Part shown: in pieces, positions 27,904 to 33,112 of the stretch | Layout of the letters: each line of letters begins with the position of its first letter | Position numbering within the stretch: position 1 is the first letter of the stretch | IMG/VR virus record: IMGVR_UViG_3300001865_000264 | From: a virus | Strand: one strand, 5' to 3' | Length of the DNA stretch: 33,112 nt | The notes under the pieces: generated by a model | Seen by the model: the letters and a program-made list of their open reading frames with translations, nothing else | Told to the model about the DNA's origin: nothing | Databases searched by the model: none | Program-made: the position numbers and the translations under genes

Positions 27904-28482
27904 TTATCTACCCTCATTCTTGAAAGGATTTTTATCCAGGGCTGCTTTGATTCTCTCAAAGTCCTTTGGATCTAATCTTTCTTCACGTGCCCATCTATTC
28001 GCTCTCATGAGGATGCTCTTGTTATCAACAGGTCCCACGGTAATGTCTGCTGCAATTTCCTCGATTAATTGCCATGTTTTCATTTCTTCTTCTGATGCGA
28101 ACATTTGTGGTTTGTCTTCGGTTACTCTCTCCACTATTGGTTGTGTTCCTGGTGCTGGTCTTTTGTAGACTTTGAAGATTTTGAATGGTTTTTTGGGTGG
28201 TTTGCTGGGTTTACTTCCTTGGAATACAATTCCTACTTCATAACCAATGGGTATGTGTTCAAATTTACGGTTGAGGTCTTCTGTTCCAAAGACTATCCAT
28301 TCTTTCTCTTCACCTTGGATAATGTTGGTAATGAAATAGGCATTTGCATGATTTTTACCAACATCCTCCTTTTTATCAACATATAAACCTACAAGTTCAT
28401 CTCCAGGTTTTTCAGGACACCATCTTTCAGCATCACTGGCCATTATCTCTTCCCATCCTTCTGATTCCTTAAACTCAGTCAT
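27904..28482 (-). CDS. Putative OB-fold ssDNA-binding-like protein
   Basis: W.P..GDELVGLYV, WIVFG..DL..KF..IPIGYEVGIVFQG, FKVYKR resembles viral SSB-like proteins; ATG 28482 behind GGGGTGA. Confidence 0.6.
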   Translation of the reverse strand: MTEFKESEGWEEIMASDAERWCPEKPGDELVGLYVDKKEDVGKNHANAYFITNIIQGEEKEWIVFGTEDLNRKFEHIPIGYEVGIVFQGSKPSKPPKKPFKIFKVYKRPAPGTQPIVERVTEDKPQMFASEEEMKTWQLIEEIAADITVGPVDNKSILMRANRWAREERLDPKDFERIKAALDKNPFKNEGR

Positions 28483-28487
28483 ATAAA

Positions 28488-28634
28488 TCACCCCATGTTA
28501 TAGATTTCAATCGGTTCCATAGCTCCAAGGATGCTCAGGGCCATGGTTAAAAAGATTAATAAAAGAATAATAAACAACAATCTACGACGCTCCACCGTCC
28601 AGAAAGGTTTCTTACGTGGATATAAACTGTTCAC
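28488..28634 (-). CDS. 48-aa single-pass membrane protein, missing from the ORF track
   Basis: MNSLYPRKKPFWTVERRRLLFIILLLIFLTMALSILGAMEPIEIYNMG; GTGA overlap with the upstream stop; GGAGG RBS. Confidence 0.7.
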   Translation of the reverse strand: MNSLYPRKKPFWTVERRRLLFIILLLIFLTMALSILGAMEPIEIYNMG

Positions 28635-28852
28635 TTTGAATCCTCCATATATCTACGCAGATACACTGGAAATGGTCCTCTTCTCTTGTTAGGGTCCTTC
28701 GGATATGATTCCATAGGAATCTCTCCTGATAGAACTCTCCATGCACTGGCAGGTGAAACACCCACTATTCTCCCTATTTCACGGTAGGTTTTACCCTCAT
28801 CACGGAGCCTCTGGATCCGTTCCCCTTTCTCCTTTAGGATTTTACTAACCAT
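28631..28852 (-). CDS. Small helix-turn-helix protein
   Basis: IQRLRDEGKTYREIGRIVGVSPASAWRVL; start moved to ATG 28852 behind AGGAGTGG. Confidence 0.8.
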   Translation of the reverse strand: MVSKILKEKGERIQRLRDEGKTYREIGRIVGVSPASAWRVLSGEIPMESYPKDPNKRRGPFPVYLRRYMEDSK

Positions 28853-28865
28853 GAAAAACCACTCC

Positions 28866-28961
28866 TTAGTAAGTATTGAATCTGCACTTTGAACAAAACC
28901 ACAACAGAATAGTTCCCAGTTGCGCAGATTCCAGTTTAGCACCACAGAATGGACAGTTCAT
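28866..28961 (-). CDS. 31-aa CPxCG Zn-finger microprotein, missing from the ORF track
   Basis: MNCPFCGAKLESAQLGTILLWFCSKCRFNTY; GAGGTGA RBS; ATGA overlap with the upstream stop. Confidence 0.75.
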   Translation of the reverse strand: MNCPFCGAKLESAQLGTILLWFCSKCRFNTY

Positions 28962-29233
28962 TCTTTCACCTCAAATCCACTACAAGATATTAACCATAGT
29001 GGGTCGAAGTTCCAGGGCCACATAAACCATCCACCTTGGATGCCCTGCTCAGCTGCTTCAACTTTGATATTTGTTACCTGGTTAACTCTTGAATTCTTCA
29101 CATAGCCTTCCATTAAAATGAAAAGCAGTTCCCCTGACTGTTCAACCTTCAAAGCTTCAGGATGACAACAGGAACTATGCCTACTGTTCACCACAGTTCC
29201 ACGATGCTTGCATTCATAACATGTATCCCTCAT
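28958..29233 (-). CDS. Hypothetical Cys/His-rich viral protein
   Basis: CYECKH..HSSCCHP...GWFMWPWNFDPLWL.SC; tight operon spacing. Confidence 0.75.
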   Translation of the reverse strand: MRDTCYECKHRGTVVNSRHSSCCHPEALKVEQSGELLFILMEGYVKNSRVNQVTNIKVEAAEQGIQGGWFMWPWNFDPLWLISCSGFEVKE

Positions 29234-29234
29234 C

Positions 29235-29450
29235 TTATCCCCTCACACAGCATATTTGAAAATATTCTCCACCAACACAAAGCAGGACCTGATCCTGGAT
29301 CTTCAGTTTGTGGTCCAGGTAAGGTAGGTCCTCAAAGTTTCCAGGCATGAATTTTTTAAGATCCTGAATAGGTGTGACATGGAGTTTCTGACCTTTACTG
29401 GGAAAAAGACTGTATAAGCCCATTTCTGGGTTGAATCTAAAAACTCCCAT
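29235..29450 (-). CDS. Hypothetical protein
   Basis: Likely start MGVFRFNPE behind GGGGAGGG; operon packing. Confidence 0.6.
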   Translation of the reverse strand: MGVFRFNPEMGLYSLFPSKGQKLHVTPIQDLKKFMPGNFEDLPYLDHKLKIQDQVLLCVGGEYFQICCVRG

Positions 29451-29685
29451 CCTTGAATCCCTCCCTTTTTTTGTGAAGACATTCCTCACCATTTTTAACA
29501 AAATTACATGGTTCTAAAAATTTATTCACACCACGTAATGCTGCAGGACAAAATACCACATTCTCCGAAGCCCCCAAGGGTATGTGAAGAATATTATCAA
29601 TATCCTCCAAAGCCTGTTCTAAATCATCTGTTTCCTTATAATGTTTCAAAACCTCTGATAATGCCAATTTAACAATCTCATCCAT
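29437..29685 (-). CDS. Hypothetical protein (82 aa)
   Basis: Start MDEIVKLALSE behind GGGGGGA; the longer track ORF overlaps the ParB gene. Confidence 0.6.
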   Translation of the reverse strand: MDEIVKLALSEVLKHYKETDDLEQALEDIDNILHIPLGASENVVFCPAALRGVNKFLEPCNFVKNGEECLHKKREGFKDGSF

Positions 29686-29701
29686 CACTAATTCCCCCCA
29701 A

Positions 29702-30568
29702 TCATCTTTTACTAGGCATTTCCAGTGCCCTTCTAATATCCGATTCACGTATAGTTTTACGACCCTCACGCTCCGCAGCCTTATACGCTTTGATTGTGAT
29801 GCGTTCAGTCTCACCCTCTAAATACTGCTTTAACAACTCCGCAGCCTTGTCACCAACCTGACAAACATTGGTCTCAAAGAAATCCAACTTCGTCTGAACC
29901 AAACGCTTCACAGTCCCCTGAGCCAAACCCTCAACCTTCGTACCCTGTGGTCGACCAGGTTTACCCTGACTCTTCTTAATCTCTTGATGTGCCCTGTGAA
30001 CACTCGTCTTCTTACTGTCTAACTTCTGAACCTGTTCCACTGCAACCTTCCTGACATTTGGATCTTCACTCTGAGTAGCAGATAGGATCCTACGAGCCTC
30101 CTCATACTTACGAGGAGACATCTCTGCATGACTTGCTACACGGTCCCGCACACGACCTACAGGTTCACAAACCTCTTTCTCAAGGGTTTTACGATACTGC
30201 TTCAAACCTGATAATCGGTTCTTATCTGCCCGTTCCCTGTAAATCTCCTCTAATGCCTTGCATTCATTCATGAGTTGTGAGAAGGTTTTACGACGCTGCC
30301 TGTTATGCTCAATCACCGCCTCCTCCTCAGCCAGCTTATCCGGATATCCCACAATGTTACAGGGCAGTTTAGGAGGATTTTTCATGTCCATTGCAGCTCT
30401 CCATCTGCGATGACCACTAATAATCGTCCCATCCTGTAAAACCGTTAAGGGTACAAGAACACCATGTGTTTTAATGCTTTCAATTAACTCCACATCAGGC
30501 TCTTCCTTACCATACAAAGCCTTATTCAATGGATGGGCCTTCAAATCCAAGACCGTTAACTTCCGCAT
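29702..30568 (-). CDS. ParB/Srx N-terminal domain, HTH-like middle, C-terminal archaeal histone fold
   Basis: LIESIKTHGVLVPLTV..GTIISGHRRWRAA (GxxRxxA box); RVRDRVASHAEMSPRKYEEARRI; VKRLV...VGDKAAELLKQYLE...KAAEREGRKTIRESDIRRAL; ATG 30568 behind AGGTGA. Confidence 0.85.
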   Translation of the reverse strand: MRKLTVLDLKAHPLNKALYGKEEPDVELIESIKTHGVLVPLTVLQDGTIISGHRRWRAAMDMKNPPKLPCNIVGYPDKLAEEEAVIEHNRQRRKTFSQLMNECKALEEIYRERADKNRLSGLKQYRKTLEKEVCEPVGRVRDRVASHAEMSPRKYEEARRILSATQSEDPNVRKVAVEQVQKLDSKKTSVHRAHQEIKKSQGKPGRPQGTKVEGLAQGTVKRLVQTKLDFFETNVCQVGDKAAELLKQYLEGETERITIKAYKAAEREGRKTIRESDIRRALEMPSKR

Positions 30569-30580
30569 CAACCATATCAC

Positions 30581-30865
30581 CTATTTACCTGTGAATTCGT
30601 CCATAGTCACCTGATCCACAACACTCAAAACCGCAGATTTCTTATGACACCAAGCACATAGACTCAACCCTTCGGTTGTGTCCGTATGCCAAATATGCTC
30701 AGGTTTCATCATATTGATGGCCCTGCAACCTGCACGGTGAACCTTACCAGTATTCGTATTAACAATCAAATCACCCTCCTGGACCAGGTCCAATTCTTCA
30801 CCTGGAAGATCCACCTCTAGTGCAGCTGGTAAGGCAAAATGAAAAATAGAAGGGAGGGCAATCAT
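30581..30865 (-). CDS. Protein with Ada-type Zn-binding-like domain
   Basis: VNTNTGKVHRAGCRAI..M...LCAWC. Confidence 0.6.
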   Translation of the reverse strand: MIALPSIFHFALPAALEVDLPGEELDLVQEGDLIVNTNTGKVHRAGCRAINMMKPEHIWHTDTTEGLSLCAWCHKKSAVLSVVDQVTMDEFTGK

Positions 30866-30978
30866 TTATCCTCCCTCCTATCACGCCTTCGCAGATATTC
30901 CTCCCGGTCTAGTTCATCTGTTAATTCTTTGAAATCATCCTCACTCAACCATGGAGCCACATGTTTACCAGAAACCAT
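30862..30978 (-). CDS. 38-aa highly charged early microprotein
   Basis: MVSGKHVAPWLSEDDFKELTDELDREEYLRRRDRREDK; GGGGTGA RBS; ATGA overlap. Confidence 0.65.
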   Translation of the reverse strand: MVSGKHVAPWLSEDDFKELTDELDREEYLRRRDRREDK

Positions 30979-30979
30979 T

Positions 30980-31096
30980 TCACTCACCCCTCTTGTTCTT
31001 ATTAACCTCTTTATTCTTCTTTTCTAACTCCTCAACCCTAAAAAAGGAATTTTTTAACTTATCCAGTGCTAATTCACCCTTTGATTTCTCACTCAT
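30980..31096 (-). CDS. 38-aa basic early microprotein, first gene of the leftward operon
   Basis: MSEKSKGELALDKLKNSFFRVEELEKKNKEVNKNKRGE; AGGTGA RBS; stop abuts the next start. Confidence 0.65.
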   Translation of the reverse strand: MSEKSKGELALDKLKNSFFRVEELEKKNKEVNKNKRGE

Positions 31097-31133
31097 TTTC
31101 ACCTACAAACACCTCAAAAACTTCTTAACAACC

Positions 31134-31256
31134 TTGTCATGTAGGTTGTCATGTATGATACTTGTCAGTCATCATATAAATATATTTGGCATGATTTGAT
31201 TCATATAATCATGAATGTTTATATACATGAAAAAATAAAGACTAAATACATGAAAA
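31134..31256. promoter_or_regulatory. Divergent promoter/operator region (genetic switch)
   Basis: TTGTCATGTA at 31134-31143 and 31146-31155; inverted variants TACATGAAAA at 31224-31233 and 31247-31256; leftward TATA TTTATATG (31173-31180, minus) and rightward TTTATATA (31218-31225). Confidence 0.7.
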
Positions 31257-31277
31257 CACATAGGAGTGGATATGCTT

Positions 31278-31466
31278 ATGAAATACGAAAGCAAACTAGG
31301 CAAATCTGATACAAAAGGAAAATCCACAAGAACAATCGTTCCTAAAGAAGTTATGCAATTCCTAAATCTAGAATGGGGCGATAAACTAGTTTGGACTGTA
31401 AATATCGAAGGGAAAGATGAAGTAACAGTGTGCATATCCCCTAAAAAAGAAGAAAAACGAGAATAA
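31278..31466 (+). CDS. AbrB/SpoVT-type swapped-hairpin transcription regulator
   Basis: STRTIVPKEVMQFLNLEWGDKLVWTV; GGAGTGGA RBS; start ATG 31278 or 31272. Confidence 0.82.
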   Translation: MKYESKLGKSDTKGKSTRTIVPKEVMQFLNLEWGDKLVWTVNIEGKDEVTVCISPKKEEKRE

Positions 31467-31900
31467 TCTCTATTAATCCCTTTATTCTTACTAATTTTAA
31501 TTGATTCTGAACTGCTTTTTATGTCTATTTTTTCCAGGTTGTGTTTTTTGTCAAAAGTTTTATAGCATCTGCTAACCTTATTATCCATGGGTACATCATG
31601 CCTCCCGGTTTTAGGTGTGTATTGTATCCAAGGGGTTTGGAGATTGAGGAGCAACCTTTTATCCTAGTATTTTATCCGAAAATTTGTTTTGGGCCACAAA
31701 AATTCGTTCATAATACACCAAACGGATAAAAAGGTTATCCTTCTTCTCCTCCCCTTCTTATTTTCACAAGGATTCTGGTAGATAATTAACCGTAACAATA
31801 GCTAAAAAGCAACCCCAATGACCGCACCTGAGAAGTAATAGAGAAAAAATAGACAAATCAACAACCAATATAAACCAAAAGAATAAGACTCACACAGTAC

Positions 31901-31936
31901 CCCCACCGTGTGGGCAAAATTGCCCACACGGTGGGG
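31901..31936. repeat. GC-rich perfect inverted repeat, 17-bp arms with 2-nt spacer
   Basis: CCCCACCGTGTGGGCAA-AA-TTGCCCACACGGTGGGG, 12 nt past the integrase stop. Confidence 0.95.
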
Positions 31937-31948
31937 TGACCACACATT

Positions 31949-33112
31949 TCATTTTTGGTTCATGTATTTTTTGAATCGTTCCTGGGTTTCAGGGTCCTGC
32001 ATGAGAAATTCCATTAATGGTTTAGCATCTTCGTAGAATTGGTTTTTTTCTTCAAGGAGGACTAATCTTTCTTTATCTTCCGTTGTGAGAACATTTACTT
32101 CTGTGTTTTCTAGGCTGAGGTGTGGTAGTGCTTGCAGGTATCTTTCTTTTAGATCTGTGGGATCTACGAACCAATATGCTCTGTCGTTGGAGCTGATAGT
32201 GTGACCTGCAAGGTAATCTGCTAATTCTTTGTCGTGTAGTTTGTTCATGATTGTGGATATGAAGTATTTTCTGAGGGAGTGGCTTCTCCAGTATCTATAG
32301 GATCCAAATTCGTGTTTGAATCCTGCTTTTTTACCTAATTCTCTGAAGCTGTTGTTAATGGAGCTTCCGGTTATTGCTGTTCCCCCTTCACGTAGTATTA
32401 AAGGTTGGTTCAGGTCTTCCATGAGGTCCCCCTTTGCATGGTATCGTTGGCGTAGGTAGATGATTATTTTCTTGATTGTTTCTGGTGGTATGAATGTGAT
32501 GTATCTGTAATGTTCCTTTTCTCTTACTATTTCAAGGGTTAGTATTGTATTTTGTAAATCCTCTTCGTATTTGAAGAGTTCTTTGATGGTTTCTATGTTT
32601 TTATCAAGTTCCTTGTTAATTGCATTAAGGAATGTTTTAAGTGTCATTCTTCTTAATTCATTTTGACTTGTACCCGACATTGCCATGATATAAATAATAG
32701 CAGTTTCACGTGCATCCGCAACATCCACCATCTGATTAATCTCTTTTTTAGATAAAAGCTTTCCACGATTCTTTTCAAGAGTAACATCCCCCTTTTCACG
32801 TGTTACACGTGGAGGTTGAATACCATGAGCATCATAAAAACCTACAATAGCATTGATACTCACATTCCTTGTATTAGGAGATTTACCCTCTTCTCTAAGA
32901 TGTTTTAGAAACTTAGATGTATAAAACGAATATCTTCTCTTTTTAAGTCGTATCCCCTTTTCTTCCTCTTCATCTGCCTCCTCATACAACTCAACAATAC
33001 TCTTACCATTGAAAGCTGCATACTGTTTAATAATCCTCTTATATGTCTCCCGTGAATTTTTACTTAGTGCTTTATCCTCAAACCAAAGATCCAACAATTC
33101 TTCCTCATCCAT
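31949..33112 (-). CDS. int: Tyrosine recombinase/integrase
   Basis: N-terminal SAM-like domain (LSKNSRETY), HSLRKYF (HxxR), LAGH, RAYW nucleophile Tyr; first catalytic Arg position reads SGTSQNEL. Confidence 0.88.
   Translation of the reverse strand: MDEEELLDLWFEDKALSKNSRETYKRIIKQYAAFNGKSIVELYEEADEEEEKGIRLKKRRYSFYTSKFLKHLREEGKSPNTRNVSINAIVGFYDAHGIQPPRVTREKGDVTLEKNRGKLLSKKEINQMVDVADARETAIIYIMAMSGTSQNELRRMTLKTFLNAINKELDKNIETIKELFKYEEDLQNTILTLEIVREKEHYRYITFIPPETIKKIIIYLRQRYHAKGDLMEDLNQPLILREGGTAITGSSINNSFRELGKKAGFKHEFGSYRYWRSHSLRKYFISTIMNKLHDKELADYLAGHTISSNDRAYWFVDPTDLKERYLQALPHLSLENTEVNVLTTEDKERLVLLEEKNQFYEDAKPLMEFLMQDPETQERFKKYMNQK

Larger units (their letters stand above)
1..33112. mobile_element. 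Temperate head-tail archaeal virus or provirus (siphovirus-like), probable Methanobacteriales host
   Basis: Complete colinear head-neck-tail-lysis gene order plus integrase and divergent switch; archaeal RBS/TATA signals; histone fold, TFB ribbon, DUF11 domains; no tail sheath gene. att ends not visible. Confidence 0.93.

Noticed and set aside
29800-29920. H3-like wording (RLV...F.T) suggesting a eukaryote-type histone
   Set aside because: Only a few residues match; the RKTI..D end is HMf-like, so a longer loop in an archaeal fold is simpler until modelling says otherwise.
31172-31710. 160-aa minus-strand ORF, extendable upstream past an in-frame TAG to ATG 31710 (possible pyrrolysine read-through or pseudogene)
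   Set aside because: It runs antisense through the AbrB gene and the switch, has no recognisable domain, and Methanobacteriales are not known to use pyrrolysine.
31901-31936. Protelomerase (telRL-like) target
   Set aside because: The centre is not perfectly symmetric (AA spacer) and the neighbouring enzyme looks like an ordinary integrase.
31802-31951. Integrase TGA followed by a hairpin and a 48-codon open hydrophobic extension (SECIS or read-through idea)
   Set aside because: The TGA lies after the complete catalytic domain, Sec is not expected in this host group, and a 48-codon open frame is easily chance.
1-33112. CRISPR array, tRNA/rRNA genes, IS elements, inteins in TerL/portal, att direct repeats
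   Set aside because: No regularly spaced repeats, cloverleafs, transposase or intein motifs seen by eye; the window is trimmed to gene ends, so att sites may lie outside.

Overview
The whole window is one compact tailed archaeal virus or provirus (siphovirus-like Caudoviricetes), most likely of a pseudomurein-walled methanogen (Methanobacteriales). The host call is an inference from archaeal GGTGA/GGAGG ribosome-binding sites, TATA-box promoters, an HMf-like histone fold, a TFB-type Zn ribbon, DUF11 adhesin-like domains and two candidate pseudomurein peptidases. Read right to left on the minus strand: tyrosine integrase; divergent switch with an AbrB-like regulator; early/middle operon of small DNA- and Zn-binding proteins; TerS, TerL, portal, MuF, protease, MCP, neck, tail tube, chaperone, TMP, Dit, Tal; endolysin. 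Three AT-rich cargo genes sit on the plus strand, including a full-length MmeI-like type IIL restriction-modification gene. The window starts at the endolysin stop and ends at the integrase start, and I see no att duplication. Best leads: (1) a ParB/Srx-HTH protein fused to a C-terminal archaeal histone fold; (2) a MuF head protein with a C-terminal HExxH metallopeptidase followed by a candidate immunity gene (polymorphic toxin layout); (3) a tape measure protein ending in a Cys-His-Asp transglutaminase-like domain; (4) a probable +1 frameshift at UCC_UUU_C in the tail chaperone; (5) a GC-rich 17-bp-arm palindrome with a 14/15 match inside the TFB-ribbon gene. I also found several small genes missing from the ORF track. 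All family assignments come from reading motifs by eye, not from database searches.
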